64,000 bases of DNA. Source: Vulcanimicrobiales bacterium (GTDB lineage: Bacteria > Vulcanimicrobiota > Vulcanimicrobiia > Vulcanimicrobiales > Vulcanimicrobiaceae). Of this stretch, positions 1 to 9,148 are shown one piece after another; position 1 is the first letter of the stretch, and every line of letters starts with the position of its first letter. A model generated the notes under the pieces. The model made no database searches. It had not been told where the DNA came from and saw only the letters and a program-made list of their open reading frames with translations. The DNA lies in NCBI GenBank assembly GCA_038231455.1, contig JBBRLI010000004.1:140928-204927 (forward strand), in the 5' to 3' direction. A program made the position numbers and the translations under genes.

Positions 1-317
1 ATCGTCGTGCTCGCGCCGTGTTCGCGCGCATGCTCGAGGAACGATGAAAACGTCGGATCGACGATTGCGGCGACCGCAAGATACGCAAGTGCGTCGGCTT
101 GCGATCCGGTAAGTGCGAGTGCCTGGCGGCGTAAGGCCTCGCGGAGGGTGATCTCGCCGCGCACGAGCGCACCGTCGAGTTCGTGCCAGAGCGCTTCACC
201 CGCCGCGTGACGCACGAGCACATCGAAGGTGTCAACATTCGTGATCGTGCCGTCGTAGTCGATGAAAATGGAAAGCGCGCCCGTTTGGGGCGCGCTTTCG
301 GCTTGATGGAGATCCAC
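1..317 (-). CDS. HAD-IB family phosphatase (MtnX-like); only the 5' part is in the window
   Basis: Manual translation from GTG 317: VDLHQAESAPQTGALSIFIDYDGTITNVDTFD..., containing HAD motif I (DxDGT); frame open to position 1; not in ORF track. Confidence 0.75.
   Translation of the reverse strand, partial: MDLHQAESAPQTGALSIFIDYDGTITNVDTFDVLVRHAAGEALWHELDGALVRGEITLREALRRQALALTGSQADALAYLAVAAIVDPTFSSFLEHAREHGASTT
271..299 (-). terminator. Terminator-like hairpin downstream of rne, inside the HAD gene 5' end
   Basis: Perfect 12-bp stem GAAAGCGCGCCC/GGGCGCGCTTTC with 5-nt loop, followed on the minus strand by CATTTTC. Confidence 0.5.
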
Positions 318-324
318 GCGTGTC

Positions 325-3300
325 CTAGGACTTTTTGCGCGCGGTTTTTTTCTTAGCGGTATCGCTTGCCGCGCGCTTGGAGGTGGACAACGCGCCGGCC
401 GCCTTCTTCGCGGGAGCTTTCGTGGCCGTTGCTTTTGGCGCGGGTGTTTTTACCGCCGTTGCTTTCGCAGCGGTCGCTTTGCGCGCCGGTGCTTTCTTCG
501 CGACCGCGGGTTCGGTTGCGGCTTTCTTCGCAGCGGCGACACGCTTGGGGGCGGCCGCAGCGGCTTTTCGAACGGAAGCAGCCCGCGCCGTCGGCGCATC
601 GGCGTCTGCGCTTGCCGCTTTGCGCGTACGCTTCGGTGCTTCGGCAGCGGGAGCGGGAAGCGCGGCGAGCGTTTTCGATGCTATCGCCGGAGCCGGACCG
701 CGCGTTGCAACTCCGGTAGCACGCCTACGAGCCGGAGTCGTCACTTTGAGGTCATCGGCGGGAGCCGGGATGATGCGTTTGGGCGCATCGAGTGCAACGG
801 CACCGCGACGGCTATCGATGCGAGCGATCGCACGCGAGGGTTCCTTTGGAGCAACGTCACCCGTGGGGTGCGCTGCGCCATCGGCGCCGACGCGGAAGAT
901 CTGACGATCCGGCGAGACCGGAGCGCCGTTTTGAGCCGCGACATCGGCGCCACCACGTCCGCGACGACGACGACGGCGACGTTTGCGACGCACGTCTCCA
1001 TCGGCGGCGACGCCGGTGAGACCCTGGACTTCGGCCTGATCGCCATCATCTTCGTCTTCGGTGTCCGCGTCATCATCGAGCACGGCCCCATTGTTCAGCG
1101 CCGGGTTCGCGCCAACCGCCGCATCGGCACCGACACCACCGCGTCCGCGGCGACGACGGCGACGGCGCTTCCGGCCGGGCGCGCCGTCCTCGCCTTCGGC
1201 AGCGGGAACAGCGTTCGCAGCCGCCGGTTGCGGGCGCGGGGCGGGCGCGGGACGTTCGGTTTGATAGCCGCGCTCGGCAGCAGCCGCTGCAAAGTCCACG
1301 ACTTTGGCGGAGACGAGATTGCCCGAAAGCGTCTCGCCGGGAAGTTTGGCGACTTTGTCGCCGGAGAGCGACTCGCCCGGGAACACCGTGCGCAGCCCGG
1401 AGCCCGCTGACGCAGCCGGAGCCGCGGGGCGAGGAGCAAACGGAACGGGCGCCGCGGGTGTCTCGGCACTGCGCTCGGCGCGGTCGCGACCCGGACGGTC
1501 CGTGCGATCGCGGCGTCCGCCACGCTCGCGCGGCGCCGGTGCGCCATCGTCCTCGCCTGCCGCGGCGCGCGCCGCCGCGGCAGCGGCCGCGGCAATCGCG
1601 ATTTGCGCTTCATCGGCGAGTTTGTTTGCATCTTCGGCATCGGCCTCGGCTTGCGTCGAGATGCCGATTGCCGTACGCACTTCGAGGCCGCGCGCCGCTT
1701 CTTCGGCCAGTTCGCGCAGCTCTTCGGCTTGCTCGGCAGCCGTGAGTTCTTTCTTGCGTCCGCGTCCGCCGCGACGACGACGTTTCTTCGCCGCCCCATC
1801 GGCACTTGCAGCAGCGGGAACGCCCACGCCGCCCGAACGCGGTTCGGCCAGAATATCGTCGCCATCGACGTCGATCACTTTGATTTTGATCGTGTGGCCC
1901 GCGATGTTTGCCGAATTTTCCACTTCGACGAGGCGGCCGTTGACAACCGCAACCGCTGAAGTTGCGTTGGGCATGCGCGTATTGAGGAGTTCGACTTCGA
2001 ACTCATCGCCCACGCGAACGGCGGCAGCTTCTGTTTTCTCGGCTCCGCGCACCAGCACCGGTTTCTCCGGATGGATCGCGGGGTCGACGCGCACGTCGAT
2101 CGTCGTGCCGATTTGCTCGGCGAGTTTTTGAAGTTCGGTCTCGTACCAGTATTCGACTTGCGCACCGACGATCGGGGCGGCGTGAATGTGCACGGGTTCG
2201 TTCTTGCCGTTCGATTCGAAGGCGATCTTCCGGAAGGTCGAGATCGTCACCGATTCCGGTGACATGACGGTTCCGATACCGCTGCACGTCGGGCACGCGC
2301 CGCGGAGCTGGCCCGCAAGATCCTTGCCGACGCGCTTACGCGTGAACTCGAGGAGTCCGAGCGGTGAGAACGACTGAATCGTCGTTCGTGTACGGTCTTT
2401 TTTGAGGCCCTGTTCGAGGGTCGCGATAACTTTCGTGCGCGCCGACTCCGAGTTCATGTCGATGAAATCGCAGACGATGATGCCGCCGATGTCGCGCAGG
2501 CGCACTTGGCGCGCGATCTCTGCAGCCGCTTCTACGTTGGTTTTTACGATCGTATCTTCGAGATTCTTGCCGCCGGTGAATTTACCGGAGTTCACGTCGA
2601 TGACGGTGAGGGCTTCGGTCGTTTCGATGACGATCGAACCACCCGATGGCAAATTCACTTTGGGGCGCAGCAGCTTTGCCATCTCGTCGTCGATTTTGTA
2701 ATCGCCGTAGAGTTTGCGGCCGCCGGGATAGGCCTGAATGCGATCGACGTACTGCGGTCCGAGCAGACGCATGAAGTCCTTCACGCGCTCGGCTTCTTCC
2801 GGATCGTCGATGAACACGTTCTCGACTTCGGGCGTGATGAAATCGCGCGCCGCTTTGAAAACGAGATTCATGTCTTTGTGGAGGAGCGCGGGCGAAGCCG
2901 AGCGCTTGTAATTCTCAAGGATGCCGTGCCACATGCGAATGAGCACGCCAAGGTCGGCGATGAGCTCGGCCTGGCTAACACCGGCCGCCGCCGTGCGCAC
3001 GACCGTTGCCATGCCTTCGGGGCGAATCACTTTGAGCAGCTGCTTGAGACGGTTACGTTCGTCGGCCGACTCGATCTTGCGCGAGACGCCCGAGTACTTG
3101 CCCGTCGGCATCAAGATGAGGTAGCGGCCCAGCAGCGAGATGTTCGTCGAGATGCGGGCGCCTTTAAGGCCGCGCGGCTCCTTGACGATCTGCACGAGGA
3201 CATCGTCCCCGCGGCTGACTTTTTCGTTGATCGCCCAGCCGGTGCGGCCTTGGGTGATCTCGACGTCGCCGATATTGAGCGGCGTCTTGTTGATGTCATC

Positions 3301-3504
3301 GACGTAGAGGAACGCGTTGCGTCCCAGTCCGATGTCGACAAAACTCGCTCCCATACCGGGGAGCACGTTTTGAACTTTGCCTTTGAAGATCGAGCCGATG
3401 ACTTTTTCTTCACGCTCGACGTAGAGTTCGGCGAGAGTCCCATCCTCGAGGATCGCGACGCGGTTCTCCCACGGATCGCTCGAAATGAGAATGTTGGTTG
3501 GCAC
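325..3504 (-). CDS. rne: Ribonuclease E/G with TRAM-like domain and long disordered C-terminus
   Basis: S1 region (GKVQNVLPGMGASFVDIG), TVIDVNSG, DIGGIIVCDFIDM, CPTCSGIG Zn-link; Arg-rich and acidic tail. Confidence 0.95.
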   Translation of the reverse strand: MPTNILISSDPWENRVAILEDGTLAELYVEREEKVIGSIFKGKVQNVLPGMGASFVDIGLGRNAFLYVDDINKTPLNIGDVEITQGRTGWAINEKVSRGDDVLVQIVKEPRGLKGARISTNISLLGRYLILMPTGKYSGVSRKIESADERNRLKQLLKVIRPEGMATVVRTAAAGVSQAELIADLGVLIRMWHGILENYKRSASPALLHKDMNLVFKAARDFITPEVENVFIDDPEEAERVKDFMRLLGPQYVDRIQAYPGGRKLYGDYKIDDEMAKLLRPKVNLPSGGSIVIETTEALTVIDVNSGKFTGGKNLEDTIVKTNVEAAAEIARQVRLRDIGGIIVCDFIDMNSESARTKVIATLEQGLKKDRTRTTIQSFSPLGLLEFTRKRVGKDLAGQLRGACPTCSGIGTVMSPESVTISTFRKIAFESNGKNEPVHIHAAPIVGAQVEYWYETELQKLAEQIGTTIDVRVDPAIHPEKPVLVRGAEKTEAAAVRVGDEFEVELLNTRMPNATSAVAVVNGRLVEVENSANIAGHTIKIKVIDVDGDDILAEPRSGGVGVPAAASADGAAKKRRRRGGRGRKKELTAAEQAEELRELAEEAARGLEVRTAIGISTQAEADAEDANKLADEAQIAIAAAAAAAARAAAGEDDGAPAPRERGGRRDRTDRPGRDRAERSAETPAAPVPFAPRPAAPAASAGSGLRTVFPGESLSGDKVAKLPGETLSGNLVSAKVVDFAAAAAERGYQTERPAPAPRPQPAAANAVPAAEGEDGAPGRKRRRRRRRGRGGVGADAAVGANPALNNGAVLDDDADTEDEDDGDQAEVQGLTGVAADGDVRRKRRRRRRRGRGGADVAAQNGAPVSPDRQIFRVGADGAAHPTGDVAPKEPSRAIARIDSRRGAVALDAPKRIIPAPADDLKVTTPARRRATGVATRGPAPAIASKTLAALPAPAAEAPKRTRKAASADADAPTARAASVRKAAAAAPKRVAAAKKAATEPAVAKKAPARKATAAKATAVKTPAPKATATKAPAKKAAGALSTSKRAASDTAKKKTARKKS

Positions 3505-3798
3505 GAGTGGTCGCCTTTCCTGACGGTCACCACGCTCGCACGTTCACCCCGCGATGCGCCCCCGTACGCGCCGCAATACGGCCGCGCTCTGGCGACGGAG
3601 ATCGAGCGGGTGCGCGATCTGCGCAGCCCCGTTTCCTATAATGCTTGAAAGCTTGCCCCTAAGCCGACGGTCCAAGCGCGACAATAGCCGGCGCGACCCG
3701 AAGACTTGGGATGGGGCGCTGTTCATGGGGCTGGCCAATTGGTCCTTTACGCGCGACCGACTGCCACCCACGCTCGGAAGATTTTGGCGAGCCAGAAG

Positions 3799-3849
3799 CG
3801 TAGCTGGATTGATTCGGTATCGTAGCTAAATTGGTGCAATACCGTAGCT
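3799..3849 (+). promoter_or_regulatory. Three CGTAGCT direct repeats at 22-bp spacing, putative operator
   Basis: CGTAGCT at 3799, 3821 and 3843, plus a CGGTAT/ATACCG inverted repeat, just upstream of the HTH gene. Confidence 0.45.
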
Positions 3850-3868
3850 TTTATGATACACTCGGACC

Positions 3869-4207
3869 ATGACAGCCGGTCAGCTCTTCGGCGGGCGCCT
3901 GCGAACTCAGACGCTTTACGCCATCTCTGCTCTCAAAGACACGTATGCCACCGAGATCGCCAAAGCGATTGGCGCGCATCGCCCCAACGTGCAACGGCTC
4001 CTCGATGCACTGGAAACCGACGGCATCATCGTGAGCCGCGGCGAGCGCGTTCGCCGCGTTTCTCTTAATCCACGATTTGTGGCGGCTCGCGAACTTGCGA
4101 TGCTCCTGGAACGCCTGGTCGATTCCGATCCGGAATTCATGGACCGACTCGGTGAGCTACGCCGGCGGCCACGCCGTCCCGGAAAAGCCGTCGTGCCCCC
4201 GGCATGA
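3869..4207 (+). CDS. Winged helix-turn-helix protein, putative antitoxin/regulator
   Basis: YATEIAKAIGAHRPNVQRLLDALETDGII HTH pattern; ATGA overlap with next gene. Confidence 0.75.
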   Translation: MTAGQLFGGRLRTQTLYAISALKDTYATEIAKAIGAHRPNVQRLLDALETDGIIVSRGERVRRVSLNPRFVAARELAMLLERLVDSDPEFMDRLGELRRRPRRPGKAVVPPA

Positions 4208-4749
4208 CGCTTCGAGACGTCTGCTTTCACATAGCAAAGATACTCGACGAGGCATCGATCAAGGCGACACTAACAGGCGGAGCGGCCGCGACGATCTACG
4301 CGCCGGACGCGATCAGTTCACAAGACGCCGATTTCATCTTGTCTTTTTCCGGTGATTCCAAAGCAGCTCATGATGCGCTGACGAATGCAGGCTATAGCCT
4401 TCGCAACGGAATGTATGAGAGCAATAAACATCCGTTCACCGTCGAATTTCCTCGCGGCCCACTAGCGATCGGATCGACGAACGAGCCCATCGAGACAATC
4501 GAAATTTCTGAAGGCGATTCACGGCTGAGCCTTCTCTCCGTAACCGACTGCATAAAAGATCGACTCGCCGGCTACTACGCATGGGACGATCCCAACTCTC
4601 TTCGACAAGCGATCGCCGTTGCGAAGGCTAACGCCGACCTCATCGAACTGCCGCGCTTACGCAAGTGGAGCGAAGCCGAAGATCGCATTGATTCGTCGAT
4701 GCGCGCGCTAACCAAATTCCAGCGGTTCGTAAACCGCCTCGATTCTTAG
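4204..4749 (+). CDS. Nucleotidyltransferase-fold protein (AbiEii/DUF6036-like), putative toxin
   Basis: LTGGAAATIY...SQDADF resembles the GG..A..S.D.D NTase motif. Confidence 0.65.
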   Translation: MTLRDVCFHIAKILDEASIKATLTGGAAATIYAPDAISSQDADFILSFSGDSKAAHDALTNAGYSLRNGMYESNKHPFTVEFPRGPLAIGSTNEPIETIEISEGDSRLSLLSVTDCIKDRLAGYYAWDDPNSLRQAIAVAKANADLIELPRLRKWSEAEDRIDSSMRALTKFQRFVNRLDS

Positions 4750-4807
4750 GTGTACGACCGCACTTCGCGACTCCAACGGCGCTTGGCGCTAGCCGCCGCA
4801 CTTGAGT

Positions 4808-5908
4808 TTAGAAAACGAGTTTATCTCGCTGCATTGCGATGTTGAGCAGCACGCCGACGGCAAGATAGTCGGTGAGAATCGCGCTTCCGCCGTAACTCAT
4901 GAACGGCAGCGGGATGCCGGTGATCGGCATGATGCCGATCGTCATGCCGATGTTGATGATCATGTGGAAGGCGAGCATTGCGACAAGACCGACGCCGAGC
5001 AGTACGCCGAAGCGGTCACGTGCCGCGAAGATTGCGCGGATGCCGCCGGCGATGATGATCGCGTAGAGTGCGACGAGGATCATTGCACCGAGGTAGCCGA
5101 CTTCTTCGCCGACAACCGTGAAGATGAAGTCGCGCGAATGTTCCGGTACAAAATTGAGTTGCGTCTGCGTGCCGTGGAAGAGCCCTTTGCCAAACCACTC
5201 GCCACTGCCGACGGCAATCTTTGACTGTCGCAGATTCCAGCCGACGCCTTGTGGATCGGTCGTTGGATTGAGGAACACGAGCAAGCGCGCTTTTTGAAAC
5301 GGTTTGAGCAGCTTGTCGCTTGTGAGTACGAACGACGCGACCGCCGCACCGCCGCCCATCACGATCAAGAAATCCATCAAGTTCGGCAAACCGAAAAACA
5401 ATTCGGCGAGCAAAATCGTCACGATGACGAGCGTCGTACCGAGATCCGGTTGCTTGAGAATGAGCAATGCGGGGATTGCAACTGCGGCAAGCGGGAGCAG
5501 CAACTCTTTAAAATTCTTGTACGTGCCGCGACATAGGAGCGCCGCGATTGCCGCGGCGAGCGCGAACTTCGCGGGCTCCGATGGCTGGAACGTGCCGAGC
5601 GGTCCGAGTGAAATCCAGCGCACGGCGCCGAGTGCGCCGTGGCCCTTCACAAGAATGAACCCGAGCAGGCCGACGCAGACGATATAAATTGGTAACGCAT
5701 AGCGTTGCCAAAAGTGATAGTCGACGAACGAAATGCCGAACATCAGCGCGATGCCGGCGATCGCGTACACCATCTGGCGTTTGTATTCCATCGCGGCACT
5801 CGGATCGTGCAACGTGGCGGAATGAATGAACACGATCCCCGCGAGCGTGACGAGCACGCACGCTATTGCTAGCGGCCAGGCAAACGAGGCATACCAGGGA
5901 CGATCCAC
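4808..5908 (-). CDS. rodA: Rod shape-determining protein RodA (SEDS)
   Basis: FQPSEPAK, KQPDLGT, QSKIAVGSG, GIPLPFMSYGGS; start set at GTG 5908. Confidence 0.93.
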   Translation of the reverse strand: MDRPWYASFAWPLAIACVLVTLAGIVFIHSATLHDPSAAMEYKRQMVYAIAGIALMFGISFVDYHFWQRYALPIYIVCVGLLGFILVKGHGALGAVRWISLGPLGTFQPSEPAKFALAAAIAALLCRGTYKNFKELLLPLAAVAIPALLILKQPDLGTTLVIVTILLAELFFGLPNLMDFLIVMGGGAAVASFVLTSDKLLKPFQKARLLVFLNPTTDPQGVGWNLRQSKIAVGSGEWFGKGLFHGTQTQLNFVPEHSRDFIFTVVGEEVGYLGAMILVALYAIIIAGGIRAIFAARDRFGVLLGVGLVAMLAFHMIINIGMTIGIMPITGIPLPFMSYGGSAILTDYLAVGVLLNIAMQRDKLVF

Positions 5909-5924
5909 GCCCCTGGCTTCGCGA

Positions 5925-6425
5925 TTAGGTCGCCGGTGCTTGCTGGCTGAGGTTGGGTCGGCGGCGGCGACGCTTACGCGCCGCCTTCGGCTTGGCCGGT
6001 TCGACCGTGCTTGTGACCGTGTCCGCGGGGACGGCGGTCTCGACGGTCGGCGTGACCAGCGCCGTATCGGCCGCCGCCTGCGGCTCGTGCGCGAGCGCGG
6101 CGTGAGCCGGCGTTGCGCTCGAAGGCGGTTCGTAGGGTGGTGCGGTCGGGGAAGCGGGCGGTGTCGATCGTCCGTTCCGCAGACCCAGGATCGGGATATT
6201 TGCGAGCATGGCAACGGCGCTGTCTTGCTGCTCGAAGCTCACGTCGGTGTTGGCGACGTCGACTTCGCAGTAGCGCGAGATCACCTCGATCAGATCGCGC
6301 TTGAGCGACTCGACCACATCGGGTGCAAGCGAGAGATGATCGGAGAGCAGCACGAGACGCAGGCGTTCTTTGGCAGTTGCGCCGGAGCGTTCGGGTTTGA
6401 AGAAGCGGGTGAGAAAGTCGAGCAA
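5925..6425 (-). CDS. minE: MinE with C-terminal extension
   Basis: LDFLTRFF...SGATAKERLRLVL...ANIPI; TTG start just after the minD stop. Confidence 0.9.
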   Translation of the reverse strand: MLDFLTRFFKPERSGATAKERLRLVLLSDHLSLAPDVVESLKRDLIEVISRYCEVDVANTDVSFEQQDSAVAMLANIPILGLRNGRSTPPASPTAPPYEPPSSATPAHAALAHEPQAAADTALVTPTVETAVPADTVTSTVEPAKPKAARKRRRRRPNLSQQAPAT

Positions 6426-6426
6426 T

Positions 6427-7263
6427 TTAGCGTCGTCCTCCGAAGAGCTTCTCGAAGAACGTGGGTTCTTGCGGAATCTCCGGCTTGGAAGTATCGGTAC
6501 CGGCGATGCGCCCGGCGATCGCGCGAAACGACGCGCCCGTGCGCGAGGTATCGTCGTTCGCAAGCGGCTCGCCGCGATTGGTGGAAACGATGACGTCGGG
6601 TTCATCGGCGATCACGCCAAGCAGCGGCAGTCGAAGAATGGCATTCACATCCTCGACCGAGAGCATCTTGCCTTTTTTCACGAGCGCCGGGCGGATGCGA
6701 TTGATGATGAGTTGCACCTTCATCGCATTCCCCAGCAGTCCGACGACGCGATCGGCATCGCGCACGGCGGAGACTTCCGGCGTACAGACGATGATCGCTT
6801 CTTCGGCACCGACGATCGCGTTTTGAAATCCGGCCTCGATACCCGCAGGACAGTCAATGATCACGTAGTCGAATTTGTCGCGCAAACGTTCGACGAGCGC
6901 CTTCATTTGCGCGGTATCGACTTCGTCTTTTTCGCGCGTCTGCGCTGCGGCAAGCAACTGCAGCGAGGGCACGCGCTTGTCGATGACGAGTGCTTCTTCG
7001 AGCGTCGCTTTTTCTTCAAGCACGTCGAGCACGTGACTGCGAACGCGATTCTCTAAGCCGAGAACGATATCCAAATTCCGGAGACCGACATCTGCGTCGA
7101 TCAAGACGACGCGCGCGCCGGTGCGCGCGAGTGCCGTGCCGAGATTCGCGGTCGTCGTCGTCTTGCCGACGCCGCCTTTCCCGGAGGTAACGACGATTGC
7201 GCGACCGCGCGGCTTTGGAACGGAAGCGGCGACGGCCGCATTCTGCGGAGTCATCTCTTGCAT
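6427..7263 (-). CDS. minD: Septum site-determining ATPase MinD, paralog 2
   Basis: SGKGGVGKTT, DADVGLRNLD, DCPAGIE, C-terminal FFEKLFG amphipathic helix. Confidence 0.93.
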   Translation of the reverse strand: MQEMTPQNAAVAASVPKPRGRAIVVTSGKGGVGKTTTTANLGTALARTGARVVLIDADVGLRNLDIVLGLENRVRSHVLDVLEEKATLEEALVIDKRVPSLQLLAAAQTREKDEVDTAQMKALVERLRDKFDYVIIDCPAGIEAGFQNAIVGAEEAIIVCTPEVSAVRDADRVVGLLGNAMKVQLIINRIRPALVKKGKMLSVEDVNAILRLPLLGVIADEPDVIVSTNRGEPLANDDTSRTGASFRAIAGRIAGTDTSKPEIPQEPTFFEKLFGGRR

Positions 7264-7266
7264 CGG

Positions 7267-8058
7267 TCAGCCTGCCTTAAACGCGCTCATGATCCGGCCG
7301 AAGAAGCCGGGGGCGCTTAGATTCGTGAACGGAATGAGTTCGCCGTCGAGTCGGCGCGCGATCTTATCGTAAATCGGTGCGAGATGATTGTTCGGATCGA
7401 GGACGATCGGCTCGCCCCGGTTGGTCGTGTCGATGACTTCTTCATCGTCGGGAACGATACCAAGCAACTCAGCGGAGAGAATGTCGCATACATCTTCGAC
7501 CGACATCATATCGCCATTACGCACCATCTCGGGGCGAATGCGATTGACGATCAGGCGAATCGGAACGCCGCGTTCGTGCAGCTTGCCGATCACGCGATCC
7601 GCATCGCGAATCGCACTGACTTCGGGCGTGGTGACGACGATTGCTTCAAGTGCGCCCGCGATCGCGCTGCGGAACCCGTGTTCGATGCCGGCCGGGCAAT
7701 CGATGAGCACGTAGTCGCAGAGTTCGGCGAGTTCTTCGACGACCTTGGCCATCTGCAGTTCGCTCACAGCGCCTTTGTCGCGCGTTTGCGCTGCGGGCAG
7801 AATCGAGAGCGATTCAAAGCGTTTGTCTTTGATGAGCGCTTGACGCAATTGGCAGCGCCCTTCAACGACTTCCACCAGATCGAAGACGATGCGCTTCTCA
7901 ACGCCCAGAACGAGGTCGAGATTCCGTAAACCGATATCCGCATCGACGAGCACGACCCGTTTGCCGCGCTGCGCGAGAGCCGCTCCAAGGTTCGCGGTGG
8001 TCGTGGTTTTACCGACGCCGCCTTTGCCGGAGGTGAGAACGATCCGCCGGCCGCTCAT
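7267..8058 (-). CDS. minD: Septum site-determining ATPase MinD, paralog 1
   Basis: SGKGGVGKTT, DADIGLRNLD, C-terminal GFFGRIMSAF helix. Confidence 0.93.
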   Translation of the reverse strand: MSGRRIVLTSGKGGVGKTTTTANLGAALAQRGKRVVLVDADIGLRNLDLVLGVEKRIVFDLVEVVEGRCQLRQALIKDKRFESLSILPAAQTRDKGAVSELQMAKVVEELAELCDYVLIDCPAGIEHGFRSAIAGALEAIVVTTPEVSAIRDADRVIGKLHERGVPIRLIVNRIRPEMVRNGDMMSVEDVCDILSAELLGIVPDDEEVIDTTNRGEPIVLDPNNHLAPIYDKIARRLDGELIPFTNLSAPGFFGRIMSAFKAG

Positions 8059-8906
8059 CGGGCCTGCTCCCGCTGCGGAAACGAGGCTTCGGCGTGCGGC
8101 ACGACGACGATCCGGCCGTTGTCGATATACGCTTGCTCGGGGACACTCGTCTTGCGCGGCTCGCCCGCATCGGCCGCGATCACCGTCGCGATGCGAAGCT
8201 GCGTCGGCGCGAGCTCGAGCGCGATCACGCGCGACTGCGCATCACCTTGCGCGCCGGCGTGCGCGACGCCGCGCATCGACCCGAAGACGAGGATATCACC
8301 GCTAGCGATCAATTCGGCGCCCGGGTTCACATCGCCGATCACCACGATATTGCCGAGGTTGTGAAGCGCCTGACCGCCCCGGAGCGTACCGCGGTGGTAG
8401 AGCGTCGATACGCCCGCGGGCGCGGCGATCGGGATTGGCGGGATCACGACGGAGCTGGGGGCGGCGACCGTGGCACGGACGGCTTCGCGCTGAATGCGGC
8501 GTTCGGCGAGATCCTGACGGGCGCCGGCAAAGTCGGCCACGAGCGAGCGCGCGGCATCGGAGAGCACGACCGTCTTTTCGCCGCGGTTCTTGCGCACCGG
8601 CAGCGGCGCGACATCGGCGATCGGCGGCGTTCCTAAATAGGAGAGTTCCAGACCTTCGACGATCTCGCCGAGCTGCGCGGGGCCGTAAACGCCGTCGAGC
8701 ACGATGCCGTAATTTCCGAGGAACGTGCGAAACGTTGCGAGCGCCGCAGCGTCGGATTCGAGCGTCCCCAGGTTCGCCGTGGCGCGGCTACCGCGGTAAA
8801 AGTCGGGGCGATCGGCAAACTGCGCGCGCAAATCCTCAGCCGCCTCGAGCAGCGGCCGGTCTACCGTGATCTCCAAAACTCGGCCTCGGCCGCGAACTGT
8901 CGTCAT
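8055..8906 (-). CDS. minC: Septum site-determining protein MinC
   Basis: LRGGQ...GDVNPGAELIASGDILVFGSMRGVAHAG beta-helix motif. Confidence 0.92.
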   Translation of the reverse strand: MTTVRGRGRVLEITVDRPLLEAAEDLRAQFADRPDFYRGSRATANLGTLESDAAALATFRTFLGNYGIVLDGVYGPAQLGEIVEGLELSYLGTPPIADVAPLPVRKNRGEKTVVLSDAARSLVADFAGARQDLAERRIQREAVRATVAAPSSVVIPPIPIAAPAGVSTLYHRGTLRGGQALHNLGNIVVIGDVNPGAELIASGDILVFGSMRGVAHAGAQGDAQSRVIALELAPTQLRIATVIAADAGEPRKTSVPEQAYIDNGRIVVVPHAEASFPQREQAR

Positions 8907-8930
8907 ACGTCCATCCTCCCGATCATCCGC

Positions 8931-9131
8931 GGCGCATTCCGATGGCTGCTAGGGCGGCCCTCCGCTCTCCACATGGCTCCCACAACTAACTTCACTTATG
9001 CACACGCCCCCCACGGATTCGTCCACAGGCGCTCGCCCGCCTCAGGCTCCGAGGGGGGCGGGCAAGAGACTCCGTGCCCCACCGTGTCGAATGAAAGAAC
9101 CCCGGAGAGCACTCGCAGCTCCTCGGACGCC
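8931..9131 (+). ncRNA. Putative 6S-like rod-shaped RNA (strand uncertain)
   Basis: Nested pairings GGCG/CGCC, TCCGA/TCGGA, GCTGC/GCAGC, GCTCTCC/GGAGAGC, ACACG/CGTGT, CACGGA/TCCGTG, GCCCGCC/GGCGGGC around an A-rich central bubble; ~200 nt. Confidence 0.45.
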
Positions 9132-9148
9132 TTGCGCCGCGAAAGAGA

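Noticed and set aside
3505-3790. Riboswitch or autoregulatory leader upstream of rne
   Set aside because: Long non-coding stretch, but no recognisable motif or convincing fold by eye.
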